Source of the DNA: Terrimicrobiaceae bacterium | Lineage (GTDB): Bacteria > Verrucomicrobiota > Verrucomicrobiia > Chthoniobacterales > Terrimicrobiaceae | Assembly (NCBI GenBank): GCA_021463905.1 | Contig: JAJTZA010000061.1 | Coordinates: forward strand, 225-64,224 | Length of the DNA stretch: 64,000 nt | Direction: 5' to 3' | In this document: piece by piece, positions 28,718 through 39,361 of the stretch | Layout: each line of letters opens with the position of its first letter | Numbering within the stretch: the first letter of the stretch is position 1 | Position numbers and translations under genes: made by a program | The notes under the pieces: model-generated | The model's input: the letters and a program-made list of their open reading frames with translations, nothing else | Told to the model about the DNA's origin: nothing | Database searches by the model: none

Positions 28718-29584
28718 TCACCAGGCGCGGCGGCGGGTTCTCAACGCAGAACTGAGCATTCCCCCGAGAAAGAGCAGCGCAGCGACCGGCTCGGGGATGA
28801 CCGCATAGCCGAGGTCTCTGAAGACTCCAAATTCGGGATCCGTCCAGTCATTGCGGACGCCGAGGGGAATATCAGGCACCATGAGCATGTCGTGGCCGTT
28901 GAATCGCGTGCCCGCTGCCCAGTGAGAGAGGCCGGAATCCAATGGGATGCTCCCGCCATAACTTGCGGTCGCATTGACTCCCATGTAGAGCCGTTGGGGC
29001 TGATCACTCTGCGCAACCCACGCTGCGATGCCCGGTGAGTTGAAGCCCAGGATATGACCCAATTCATGTGCGGCCACCGAATAAAAATCGTATGCTCCCG
29101 GGGTGACGCTGGGAGAAACTCCCGTGTACCAGTTGGTCGCCGCATCGAAGGCCATCCCACCGGCAAACGGCAGAAACGCCTGGGCGGTGTTGCGAGCGGC
29201 AAGGGAGTCCAACCAGGAAGGGGAACCATTGGCCGTATAGACCACATGGCTGGATTGCGCGAGCGCATCCCCGCTCAAAGTGCGTGCGCCGACAAAGACC
29301 CGCAGCTCTCCCGCAGGTGCTACAGGATTGGCCACGGAGGTAAGGTTCCCGGAGGATGGATCCAGAAACAGCCATTCCCAACTGTTGCCGGTTTCGGGAG
29401 CGATCTCTGTCGAGTTGATGGACACCGCACTGAGCCGACTGGCCACCACATCGAGGATGTCCCGCTTGTCCGGCGTAAAAAAGCCGCCGGTGTCGTAGGT
29501 GTAGTCCCAGACGAGGGTGAGAGCCTGCGCCGTGCCCAGACCCAGCGAACACAAGCACCAAGCCAGCAGGAAGAAACCGCGCAT
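28718..29584 (-). CDS. PEP-CTERM-anchored secreted zinc metalloprotease-like protein
   Basis: Start at MRGFFLLAWCLCSLGLGTAQA (ATG 29584). HELGHILGF (HExxHxxG). C-terminal IPEPVAALLFLGGMLSSALRTRRR sorting signal. The 462-aa track ORF runs antisense through the tRNA and rpsT and is not credible upstream of this start. Confidence 0.7.
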   Translation of the reverse strand: MRGFFLLAWCLCSLGLGTAQALTLVWDYTYDTGGFFTPDKRDILDVVASRLSAVSINSTEIAPETGNSWEWLFLDPSSGNLTSVANPVAPAGELRVFVGARTLSGDALAQSSHVVYTANGSPSWLDSLAARNTAQAFLPFAGGMAFDAATNWYTGVSPSVTPGAYDFYSVAAHELGHILGFNSPGIAAWVAQSDQPQRLYMGVNATASYGGSIPLDSGLSHWAAGTRFNGHDMLMVPDIPLGVRNDWTDPEFGVFRDLGYAVIPEPVAALLFLGGMLSSALRTRRRAW

Positions 29585-29740
29585 AACCGCGTGATACGAA
29601 AGAGCGCGATCATTGTCCATGCTTAAGAGCCCATCCTCGCTCGATTTCAAATTCCTATTGATCCCCGGGTGCGAAGCGAATAGAGTGCGCGTTCTGCCGT
29701 GGCTGGCGCTTTGGTGACTGACCGAAGTGCTCCGGCGAGC

Positions 29741-29815
29741 GCCAGAGTAGCTCAGTGGCAGAGCAGGGGACTCATAAGCCCTTGGTCGGGGGTTCAAATC
29801 CCTCCTCTGGCACCA
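29741..29815 (+). tRNA. tRNA with a CAU anticodon (elongator Met or lysidine-type Ile2), CCA encoded
   Basis: Hand-folded cloverleaf: acceptor GCCAGAG/CTCTGGC, D stem GCTC/GAGC, anticodon loop CTCATAA, T arm GGGGG-TTCAAAT-CCCTC, then ACCA. Confidence 0.85.
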
Positions 29816-29855
29816 ATTTTTTTTAGACATCCAGCATCGAGAAGATACCCAAATT

Positions 29856-30119
29856 ATGGCCAACACAAAATCAGCAGCCAAACGCGCCCGGCAATCCGAA
29901 AGCCGCAGTGCCAGAAATTCGAGCATCCAATCCGCACTCAAAACCTCGCAAAAAAAGTTTCGCGAGCTGATCGCGGCGGGAAAGCTCGAGGAGGCAACCA
30001 AGGAACTCCGCGCCGTCAGCGCACACCTTGACAAGGCCGCCAAACGCGGAACCATCCACAAAAATTCCGCTGACCGAAAAAAAAGCGCGTTTGCGCGGGC
30101 GGTCAAGCGGGCGGCGTAA
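29856..30119 (+). CDS. rpsT: 30S ribosomal protein S20
   Basis: MANTKSAAKRARQSE...LDKAAKRGTIHKNSADRKKS is a typical S20 sequence. Confidence 0.9.
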   Translation: MANTKSAAKRARQSESRSARNSSIQSALKTSQKKFRELIAAGKLEEATKELRAVSAHLDKAAKRGTIHKNSADRKKSAFARAVKRAA

Positions 30120-30201
30120 CGCGCATCGGCTGCGAGGGTTCTCCTGGCGTGCCTGCGTCTCCGCAGGCCAGCGTCGGCTATCCGACTATCCTCCTACCCG
30201 T

Positions 30202-32061
30202 CTACCCGGAAGTGTCGGCTTCGGAGGGTGCGGGTTCGTCATCGGACGATTTATCGGAAGCAGATTTTTCTCCAAAAATTGTCCGGAGCACCTTGCCGAT
30301 CATGGGGGCGGCATGGGAGCCGCCATGGGCGTTGACGCCGGCGGGTGCCTCATAGACGGCCGCAAAGGCGTAGCGCGGATTCTCGGCGGGGATGAACCCG
30401 GCAAACCATGCGGCGGTTCTTTGTTTGGCTGTGGGGCCCCATTGCGCGGTGCCCGTCTTTCCGGCCACATGGACGCCCTTCACTTGGGCGCGTCCGCCGG
30501 TTCCCTGTCCCCCTTCGGTGACTGCAATCATCGCCTTCCTGAGCGTTTCCTGATTTTCCGGTGAGATGGGGATTTCATCGCGCAGCCGGTCCGGATAGGC
30601 GGCGACCACCTTGTTGTCAATGGTTTGGACTTGCTTGACCAGGCGCGTTTGATGAAAGCGTCCTCCGGTGGCCACCGCCGCCATGGCCTGAGCCATCTGC
30701 AACGGGGAGATGAGAATGTCGCCCTGCCCGATGCTCATGTTCGCAACATCCCCCCTTTTGATCTCCCGGCGATGGACGCGTAACATGTATTCGTCGGTGG
30801 GAATGTTTCCTCCGGTCTCCGCGCGCAGGGGAATGCCCGTGCGACGCCCCAGACCCACCCGGTGGGAGGTGTCTATGATCGGCGGCGCCCCAATTTTGAG
30901 GCCGGCCTGATAAAACCATGTGTTGCAGGACTGTTCGAGTGCCTCGACAAAATTGAGCATGCCGGCATTGTATTTTTTCCAGTTGGAGAAAACATGGTCG
31001 CCCACCGAGATGGAAGTCGGGCAGCTCAGACGGGTTTTGGGGGTGATCTGGCCGCTTTGCAATGCCGCAAGTCCCACGAACACTTTGAAGGTGGAGCCAG
31101 GTGGGTAGGCCGAACGGAAGGCGCGGGGCAGCAGCGGCGCGCTTTCGTCTTTGGAGTAGCGGTCAAAAACCGTCTGGGGAACCACCGGCACGAACTCGTT
31201 GGGGTTGTAGGTCGGATGCGATGCCATGGCCAGGATTTCTCCGGTGTTGGGGTCAATGATGACCATCGCTCCGCGCTGACAATCCGAGGCCAGCGTCTCC
31301 TCGCAAAGCCTCTGGAGGTCTTTGTCTATTGTGAGAATGACATTGTAACCGGGCACGGGGGGACGCGCGATACGCTCGGACATTTTATTGCCGTCGGGGT
31401 CAAAGGTCATGTGCAGAAGACCCTGCTGACCACGCAGCTCCGTATCAAACGCCTGCTCGACACCCTCCCGGCCTTCGCTCTCCGGAAAAATCAGGTCCTT
31501 GTTTTCGATGGGACGCGTGGAGAGGGGCGCCGCGAGTCCCGTGTAGCCAAGGATATGCGCAGCCAGCGAATTCTCCGGATAGATGCGGGCATAGATTTGG
31601 CGGAGGATCAGGTTGGGAGTCAGGCCGCGCTGGACGATCCCGAGTTCCTGCGGCTTCAAATCCTCGACGATGTCCAGGGGGAGCAGGCTCCGGTTTTTGT
31701 AATGGTTGAGGATGGTCTCGTCGCTGATGCGGATGTCGCGTTGGAGGAGCGAGGCGACGAACTGAATTTGCTGGCGTGCGAACGAGATCGCGCGGGCATT
31801 GTCCCAGTTGAGCGGGGCGGGAAAGCTGATGGCGAGGTTGTAGCTCAGGCGGGTCTGGGCGAGCGGGCGTCCGTTGCGGTCGGTGATTTGGCCGCGCGGG
31901 GCGGGGATGCCGAGCGAAAATGTGCGGGCCTGTTTCTGGGTTTCCCATGTGGGCTGCGGGTTTTCGTCCGAGCCGGTATTGTCAATGGTGGGGGCTTGTG
32001 CGCGAAGATCCGCGCCTGCGAGCGCAAGCACAAGCGCAAGCACACCCGAACCGGTGCGCAT
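30202..32061 (-). CDS. mrdA: Penicillin-binding protein 2 (class B transpeptidase)
   Basis: Start at MRTGSGVLALVLALAG (ATG 32061). STFK, SCN and KTGT motifs. Acidic/Ser-rich C-terminal tail. Confidence 0.8.
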   Translation of the reverse strand: MRTGSGVLALVLALAGADLRAQAPTIDNTGSDENPQPTWETQKQARTFSLGIPAPRGQITDRNGRPLAQTRLSYNLAISFPAPLNWDNARAISFARQQIQFVASLLQRDIRISDETILNHYKNRSLLPLDIVEDLKPQELGIVQRGLTPNLILRQIYARIYPENSLAAHILGYTGLAAPLSTRPIENKDLIFPESEGREGVEQAFDTELRGQQGLLHMTFDPDGNKMSERIARPPVPGYNVILTIDKDLQRLCEETLASDCQRGAMVIIDPNTGEILAMASHPTYNPNEFVPVVPQTVFDRYSKDESAPLLPRAFRSAYPPGSTFKVFVGLAALQSGQITPKTRLSCPTSISVGDHVFSNWKKYNAGMLNFVEALEQSCNTWFYQAGLKIGAPPIIDTSHRVGLGRRTGIPLRAETGGNIPTDEYMLRVHRREIKRGDVANMSIGQGDILISPLQMAQAMAAVATGGRFHQTRLVKQVQTIDNKVVAAYPDRLRDEIPISPENQETLRKAMIAVTEGGQGTGGRAQVKGVHVAGKTGTAQWGPTAKQRTAAWFAGFIPAENPRYAFAAVYEAPAGVNAHGGSHAAPMIGKVLRTIFGEKSASDKSSDDEPAPSEADTSG

Positions 32062-32071
32062 CCGAAGCCGA

Positions 32072-34222
32072 CTAGAGCTGTTGGGGAATTTTTTCAAGTG
32101 TGTAGCACTCGATGATGTCTTCGGGGAGGTATTCCGAAAAATCGCCCAGTCGGATGCCACATTCCAACCCGCTGCGCACTTCCTTGACTTCATCCTTAAA
32201 CCGGCGCAGCGTCGCGACGCCCCCGTCGTAAATCGGCTGCCTCTTGCGCACAACCCGGGCGCGCGCCGTGCGGAGGATGCGCCCCTCGGTCACATAACAA
32301 CCCGCCACCTTGCCACGCGAAAGATCAAAGACCTGCCGCACCTCGGCTCGGCCAATGACGGATTCGCGCAGCTCCGGCGCAAGAAGCCCCTCCATGGCCT
32401 CTTTGACCTGATCCAGGAGTTCGTAAATGATGCTGTAAAGCTTGATCTGGACGCCTTCGCGCTTTGCGGAAACAGAGGCGGTATTTTCCACTTTGGTTCC
32501 AAACCCCAGGATGATGGCATTGGAAGCACTGGCCAACAGGACATCGGATTCGGTGATCGGACCGACCGCAGAATGGATGATCTCGAGTGCCACCTTGTTT
32601 TGCGGGAAATCCTTCAACGCGCCAACAATGGCCTCGACCGATCCGTGAACATCGGTTTTCAAAACAATATCCAGGCTCTTCTTGAGGTCATCCTCAATAC
32701 TCGTGAACAGATTTTCCAGGGTGGCCCGCTGTGGGGTGGCCAGCTTGTCCGAGCGAAGAGCTTCGAGACGCTCCTCGCTCAGGAGCCGAGCCACACGCTC
32801 ATTATCCATGACGACCAGCTCGTCGCCGGCAACCGGCAACCCGCTGAATCCCAGAACTTTCACCGGGGTTCCGGGCCCCGCCTGTTTCACCGGCTTGCCG
32901 AGATCATTGATGAGCTGCTTGATTTTCCCGTGGTAATTTCCACAAATGAAGGCGTCGCCCGCTTTGAGCGTACCCATGCGGACAATCACCGTCGCGGTCG
33001 GGCCGCGCCCCTGCTCGATCTGGGATTCGATCACAATGCACCGCGCTGCGGATTTGGGATCGGCCTTGATTTCGAGGACCTCCGCCTGCAGGGCGATCAT
33101 ATCCAGCAGGTGATCCATCCCCGTGCCCTTTGTCGCGCTCACCAGACAGCAGATAGTCTGCCCGCCCCAGTCTTCCGCCACCAGGCCCTTTTCCTGGAGC
33201 TGGGTTTTCACCTTGTCCGGGTTGGCGGAAGGAAGGTCAATTTTGTTGATGGCGACGATGATGGGCACGTTGGCCGCCTTGGCGTGGTTGATCGCCTCGA
33301 GGGTTTGGGGCATGAGACCATCGTCCGCTGCGACGACAAGCACGACGATGTCGGTGGCCATTGCTCCGCGCGCGCGCATGGCGGTGAAGACCGCGTGGCC
33401 GGGTGTGTCAAGGAAGGTGATGGATCCGGTCGGTCGCTCGACGCTGTAAGCACCGATGTGTTGCGTGATGCCGCCCGCTTCGCCCCGGGCGACGCGCGCC
33501 TTGCGGATGTGATCCAGGAGAGAGGTCTTTCCGTGATCCACATGCCCCATAAACGTGACCACAGGCGGACGCAGTTTGAGCGCCTCTTCCTCGGGTGGCT
33601 CCGGCTCCTTGGGCGGTTCGACATGTACTTCGGGTTTGCGATAGCCCTTGGTGGGATCCTTTTTCTCGCGCTCGAGAACAAAGCCGTGTTTCTCACAGAC
33701 TTTCGCCACGGTATCCAGCTCCAGCGTGAGGTTGATATTCGCAAAAATATGCAAATCCATGAGGGATTTGATGACCTGGTGGGGCTTGATCCCGAGGAGC
33801 GGTGCCAGGTCTTTGACGGAAATGGGGGCCTTGAGGAGAAGGGTGCGGGGTTCCAGCGTCGGAGCCTCAGCGGGAACGGGGGGTGTCACCTCAGCCGACA
33901 CAGGAGGCGGCGGTGCGGCAGGTGCGGCCACGTCTTTCTCCGGTTTATGGGCTTTCTTTTTTTCGGGAATAATGGAAGGCAGCGTGGCTCTGGCTCTTGC
34001 GGATTCTGAAACGGGTTTGCGGACCTTTTTCTTGGGAGTGAGGAGATCCACCGTGGGCGCATCCTTTTTGGGTGGGGCGGGCGGCGCGTCTTTAGCCGCC
34101 TTGGCAGAAGCGGCGGAGGGTGCCGCAGCCTTGTCCTTGCGCGGAGCGGCCTTGCGCGGCGCGGCTTTGGAATCGGCGGACGCTGATGCTTTTTTTGTGG
34201 TTGTGGATTTTGGCGACGGCAT
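32072..34222 (-). CDS. infB: Translation initiation factor IF-2
   Basis: Start at [11 protein letters not shown] (ATG 34222). Lys/Ala/Pro-rich N-terminal region. G domain [25 protein letters not shown]. Confidence 0.95.
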   Translation of the reverse strand: MPSPKSTTTKKASASADSKAAPRKAAPRKDKAAAPSAASAKAAKDAPPAPPKKDAPTVDLLTPKKKVRKPVSESARARATLPSIIPEKKKAHKPEKDVAAPAAPPPPVSAEVTPPVPAEAPTLEPRTLLLKAPISVKDLAPLLGIKPHQVIKSLMDLHIFANINLTLELDTVAKVCEKHGFVLEREKKDPTKGYRKPEVHVEPPKEPEPPEEEALKLRPPVVTFMGHVDHGKTSLLDHIRKARVARGEAGGITQHIGAYSVERPTGSITFLDTPGHAVFTAMRARGAMATDIVVLVVAADDGLMPQTLEAINHAKAANVPIIVAINKIDLPSANPDKVKTQLQEKGLVAEDWGGQTICCLVSATKGTGMDHLLDMIALQAEVLEIKADPKSAARCIVIESQIEQGRGPTATVIVRMGTLKAGDAFICGNYHGKIKQLINDLGKPVKQAGPGTPVKVLGFSGLPVAGDELVVMDNERVARLLSEERLEALRSDKLATPQRATLENLFTSIEDDLKKSLDIVLKTDVHGSVEAIVGALKDFPQNKVALEIIHSAVGPITESDVLLASASNAIILGFGTKVENTASVSAKREGVQIKLYSIIYELLDQVKEAMEGLLAPELRESVIGRAEVRQVFDLSRGKVAGCYVTEGRILRTARARVVRKRQPIYDGGVATLRRFKDEVKEVRSGLECGIRLGDFSEYLPEDIIECYTLEKIPQQL

Positions 34223-34236
34223 GTCGAGAATGTGGA

Positions 34237-35523
<1,287 letters not shown>

Positions 35524-35553
35524 GGTCAAAAATGGTTTGGTCTTGAGATGCAA

Positions 35554-35575
35554 AAAGCGGGAAAAATCCCGCTTT
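35554..35575 (-). terminator. Intrinsic-terminator-like hairpin in the nusA 5' leader
   Basis: 9-bp perfect stem AAAGCGGGA/TCCCGCTTT with a 4-nt loop. On the minus strand it is followed by a T run (GCTTTTTG), about 30 nt upstream of the nusA ATG. Confidence 0.5.
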
Positions 35576-35686
35576 CGCACATTTAGAGATTGTTATCAAT
35601 CTGCCCTGCTCCGGTGTTCTGGTCAAGTGGCAATCCTCATTTTTTATGGTTCCCTCGGTCTGCGCGGGCGTGTAAGGAATTGGGGC

Positions 35687-36235
35687 ATGAAAGCGTTGAG
35701 CGGATTGGCGGTTGGGTTGGTGGCTTTTGTGATGCTGGCGGGGTGTGCCAGTCGGCGGGATGCATTGTGGGCGCCCTCGCCGCCCCAGGCGCGGCTGGTG
35801 GAATACACGGCGCAGCGGCTCGAGCTGTCGCGGGAGGTGGCATGGTTCAAATACCGTGAGGGCCTGCGGGTCAAGGATCGGAAGCGGGAGAAGGAAAGGT
35901 TGGGTGTGCTGGTGGCGGAGGGGCGGCGGCTGGGGGTTCCGACGGGCAGAACCCGCGGGTATTTCAAGGCGCAGATGCGCGCCTCGCGAACCTATCAGCA
36001 GATTTTGATTTCGGGCTGGCAGCGTGGGGGTGCGCTGCCGACCCAGCCGGCCCGGGATTTGAAGAAGGTGCTTCGTCCGCAAATCGAGCAATTGGATGCG
36101 GGAATTTTGGCCCAGCTCGCCGCGACGGGGGATTCTTCGAGGGATGCGCGGCTGGCCCGTCGAGCGGAGACGTATCTCAAGGCGCGGGAAATCCCGCAGA
36201 GAGTCATTCGGACGTCCATTGCTCCCCTGCGTTGA
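35687..36235 (+). CDS. Secreted (lipoprotein) chorismate mutase, AroQ-gamma-like
   Basis: Lipobox VAFVMLAGC. LVEYTAQRLELSREVAWFKY...DRKREKERL...YFKAQMRASRTYQQ matches the periplasmic chorismate mutase pattern. Confidence 0.6.
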   Translation: MKALSGLAVGLVAFVMLAGCASRRDALWAPSPPQARLVEYTAQRLELSREVAWFKYREGLRVKDRKREKERLGVLVAEGRRLGVPTGRTRGYFKAQMRASRTYQQILISGWQRGGALPTQPARDLKKVLRPQIEQLDAGILAQLAATGDSSRDARLARRAETYLKAREIPQRVIRTSIAPLR

Positions 36236-36324
36236 AGCCACTCCGGGCGTAGAACGGCGCAGGGCACAGACGCAAAAAAGTTTTCCATTGGAGAACGCGC
36301 GGGAATCCTTCAGTCTGAGCAGAC

Positions 36325-37491
36325 ATGTCGTTGGATCGAAGATTGCTGGCACCGGAACTCCTTCCGGTTTTGGACAAAGTTTTGGCAGGGGAGCGCGTCA
36401 CGGAAGAGGAGGCACTCGTCCTCTACGAAACACGGGACATCAACGGATTGGGCGGCATCGCGGATATTTTGCGGGAGCGACGGAATGGAAACGTGGCCAC
36501 CTATATCCACAACCGCTACATCAACTACTCGAATGTCTGCCTGCTTTCCTGCGAATTTTGCGCGTTTGGAGCCAAAAAACGCGAACCACACGCCTTCGAA
36601 CAGAGCATCGGGGAAATTGCCGAAACCGTGCGCGATGCCCTCAAACTCGGAATCACGGAAATTCACATGGTCGGCGGCCTCCACCCCTCACTCAAGGCCG
36701 ACTGGTACCTCGAACTGTTGCGCAAATTGCGGGCCCTGGACGAGAATCTCGTCATCAAGGCCTTCACGGCAATTGAAACACGCCATTTGGCCGAGCGGGT
36801 TTTTCACCTCTCCATAGGAGAAACGCTGGCACTTCTGCGGGACAATGGCATGGGGGCAATCACCGGCGGCGGCGCGGAAATTTTCGACCCGGAGATTCGG
36901 GATCAGATATGCCGGGGGAAAGACACCGCCGAGGAGTGGCTGGACGTTCACCGGACATGGCATCAGATGGGCGGGCGAAGCACCTGCACGATGCTCTACG
37001 GACATATAGAAAATGCCGGGCATCGGGTGGATCATCTGCGGCGGCTGCGCGAGCTCCAGGACGAGACGGGCGGGTTCACCGGATTTGTCCCCTTTGCATT
37101 TGAGCAGGAGGGTGCGCGGCCGGGTTTGCTGCGGGGCCTCCCTCACATCACGGCCATCGAGGAATTGCGCAACCTCGCCATCTCCCGCATCTACCTGGAC
37201 AATATCCCCCACATCACCGCCTACTGGGTCAGCCTCGGACTGCCCCTGGCCCAGGTCGCACTCAATTACGGAGTGGATGACCTCCACGGAACCATCATCG
37301 AAGAAAAAATTTTCCACATGGCCGGAGCGCGGACTCCCCAGGAGCAGACCATCGCGGCACTGGAAAAGGCCATTCGCGAAGCCGGTCGCGAACCCATGCA
37401 GCGCGACAGCTATTATCGAAAAATCCCCCACAGCACCGTCACGGGGAAATCAGGGAATCCAGCGCAACATCCCGCACCGCCTCTCTCATGA
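36325..37491 (+). CDS. mqnE: Radical SAM menaquinone (futalosine pathway) enzyme, most like aminofutalosine synthase MqnE (MqnC not excluded)
   Basis: CLLSCEFCAF cluster motif, ITGGGAEIFDPEIR, CTMLYGHIENAGHRVDHLRRLRELQDETGGF. Adjacent to mqnA. Confidence 0.6.
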   Translation: MSLDRRLLAPELLPVLDKVLAGERVTEEEALVLYETRDINGLGGIADILRERRNGNVATYIHNRYINYSNVCLLSCEFCAFGAKKREPHAFEQSIGEIAETVRDALKLGITEIHMVGGLHPSLKADWYLELLRKLRALDENLVIKAFTAIETRHLAERVFHLSIGETLALLRDNGMGAITGGGAEIFDPEIRDQICRGKDTAEEWLDVHRTWHQMGGRSTCTMLYGHIENAGHRVDHLRRLRELQDETGGFTGFVPFAFEQEGARPGLLRGLPHITAIEELRNLAISRIYLDNIPHITAYWVSLGLPLAQVALNYGVDDLHGTIIEEKIFHMAGARTPQEQTIAALEKAIREAGREPMQRDSYYRKIPHSTVTGKSGNPAQHPAPPLS

Positions 37492-38225
37492 TCGGCTGCG
37501 TCCCGTATCTCAACGCCCGACCGCTGATCCACGGGATTCCGTCTGCGGAAGTGCTATTGGATGTCCCGTCGCGGCTGGCGCGGGATTTTGCGGCGGGCGG
37601 CCTCGATGCGGCGCTCTTGCCGGTCTTTGCCGTCCTGCAGGCTGGCGGTGGGCGGCTGGTGGATGGGGTGGCCATTGCGTGTCTCGGGGAGGTGCGCAGT
37701 GTGTTGGTGGTTGGCCCGGAGCCACTGGCCGTGAGCGGAGCGGTCTATGAAGATCCCTCCTCGGTCTGCTCGAATGCGCTCCTGCGGGTGCTGGCCGCCG
37801 AATTTTTGTCCGGGGGAATCCGCGTGGTTGCGGGCCCTCCCCCCGAAGGGGCCGCGAGGGTTGTCATTGGCGACCCTGCACTCGAAATTCAGAAATCCCC
37901 CAAGGGGCACTTTATTACCGACCTGGGCGAGTTTTGGTTTGAGCAAACCGGTCTGCCCTTTGTGTTTGCGGCGTGGCAACTGTCGGATGCCACACCTGTG
38001 GACGGGAGCCTGGCGGACCGGCTGCGGGACGCAGCGGCGGCGGGCCAGTGCGCGCGCAAAGAAATCGCCGCGGGGGAACCCGACCCCGAACAGGCGCTCG
38101 ACTACCTCACGCGCCACATCCGGTACACGCTGGGCCGCGAGGAAAAGGCGGCCCTGCGACTGTTCATCGAGCTGGCCCGCCAGCACGGAATCCTCAAAGC
38201 AGATCCGAAAATTCGTTGGGAGTAG
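37488..38225 (+). CDS. mqnA: Chorismate dehydratase (futalosine pathway step 1)
   Basis: MIGCVPYLNARPLIHGI N-terminus, VIGDPALE, LPFVFAAW. ATGA-coupled to the upstream radical SAM gene. Confidence 0.8.
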   Translation: MIGCVPYLNARPLIHGIPSAEVLLDVPSRLARDFAAGGLDAALLPVFAVLQAGGGRLVDGVAIACLGEVRSVLVVGPEPLAVSGAVYEDPSSVCSNALLRVLAAEFLSGGIRVVAGPPPEGAARVVIGDPALEIQKSPKGHFITDLGEFWFEQTGLPFVFAAWQLSDATPVDGSLADRLRDAAAAGQCARKEIAAGEPDPEQALDYLTRHIRYTLGREEKAALRLFIELARQHGILKADPKIRWE

Positions 38226-39285
38226 CCGGATTGTGTGCCCCATGCGGGTCTGCGCCGTCTTCCGGGTAAAGCTTGCGGTATTCGATGGCCTGGAGGCCCA
38301 CGAGGGCTGCGACGCTGGAAATCTGTTCGATGGTGGCACCCCGGGACAGGTAAGCGGCCGGGCGCGACAGCCCGAGAATAATCTGCCCGTAAACGCGGGC
38401 TTCCGCGATGTGCTGCAATAATTTCACCGAGATGTTTCCACTGTTGAGATCGGGGAAAATGAGCACATTGGCCCGACCGGCCACGAGGCTGGGCTCCATC
38501 TTCCGCTCCGCCACGGCGGGAATGAGTGCCACGTCCGCCTGCATCTCACCATCCACGGCAATTTCCGCGTTCAACTGGTCGGCAAGCTGGCGCGCAATGG
38601 TCACCGCTCCCGCCACTTTTTCCGAGGAGGGAGTCGTCGCACTGCCCTTTGTCGAAAAGCTCAGCATGGCCACGCGGGGACGCTTGCCAAAGACCTGGCG
38701 CGCCACCAATGCGGTCTGGACGGCAATGGCCGCGAGCTGCTCCATGTCCGGGTCGGGAATCACGCCGCAGTCCGCGAGAAAAAGGATGCCATCGTCGCCA
38801 AATTCCGTGCGGTCCAAATCGAGAATCAGACACCCGGAAATGAAAGGCGAATGCGGCAGGGGCTTTACCAACTGGGTGAGCGGACGCAGGAGGGATCCTG
38901 CCGCGCTGCTCAGGCCGCCCACCAGCGCGTCCGCCTGACCGTTTTGTAACATCATGGCGGCAAAATAGTTGGGATTCACCATGAGCGAACGCGCATCCTC
39001 GGCATCCACCTTTTTGTAGCGCGCGAGCTGCTCCAGCCGCCGACAAAACAGCGGCAGGTCGGAGGCATTCTCCGGATTGATCATCGCGACATGGTCGAGG
39101 CTGGCTTTCTCGGCAAGCGCAACACGCTCGATGATTTCACGCCGCCCAAGGAGCACGGGCACCCCGGCACCGTGATCATGGAAAATTTGCGATGCGTGAA
39201 TCACCCGGGGGTCTTCCCCGTCAGGAAAAACAATTCTCTTGGGATGGCGTTTCAGTTTGGCAAAAACTGATTCGAGCAGGTTCAT
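38194..39285 (-). CDS. pta: Phosphate acetyltransferase
   Basis: Homology starts at MNLLESVFAKLKRHPKRIVFPDGEDPRVI (ATG 39285). The upstream 247 codons of the 610-aa track ORF are antisense to the DUF2851 gene. Confidence 0.8.
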   Translation of the reverse strand: MNLLESVFAKLKRHPKRIVFPDGEDPRVIHASQIFHDHGAGVPVLLGRREIIERVALAEKASLDHVAMINPENASDLPLFCRRLEQLARYKKVDAEDARSLMVNPNYFAAMMLQNGQADALVGGLSSAAGSLLRPLTQLVKPLPHSPFISGCLILDLDRTEFGDDGILFLADCGVIPDPDMEQLAAIAVQTALVARQVFGKRPRVAMLSFSTKGSATTPSSEKVAGAVTIARQLADQLNAEIAVDGEMQADVALIPAVAERKMEPSLVAGRANVLIFPDLNSGNISVKLLQHIAEARVYGQIILGLSRPAAYLSRGATIEQISSVAALVGLQAIEYRKLYPEDGADPHGAHNPATPNEFSDLL

Positions 39286-39361
39286 GGTCGGCTCAAAAAT
39301 GAGGGAATTCGCGGGGATGCACAAGCAGGAAGACGCAGGCTGAACCCGGAAATCACGTCTC

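Noticed and set aside
29585-30106. The upstream extension of the 462-aa minus-strand ORF beyond the PEP-CTERM protease.
   Set aside because: It runs antisense through a well-formed tRNA and through rpsT. A signal-peptide-bearing start (MRGFFLL...) at 29584 gives a coherent protein.
30151-30168. A GCCTGCG-TCTC-CGCAGGC hairpin between the convergent rpsT and mrdA genes, considered as a bidirectional terminator.
   Set aside because: It is a short 7-bp stem with no flanking T/A tracts on either strand, so I am not confident enough to annotate it.
31874-34009. A 711-aa plus-strand ORF. Similar long ORFs lie at 34270-35586, 58514-60133, 46649-48112, 9745-10989, 25026-26159 and 17822-18949.
   Set aside because: All lie antisense to genes with unambiguous homology (infB, nusA, hsdR, clpX-like, the TPR gene, nagZ, the lipoprotein). 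They have low-complexity R/G/A/P-rich translations, so they are high-GC shadow ORFs.
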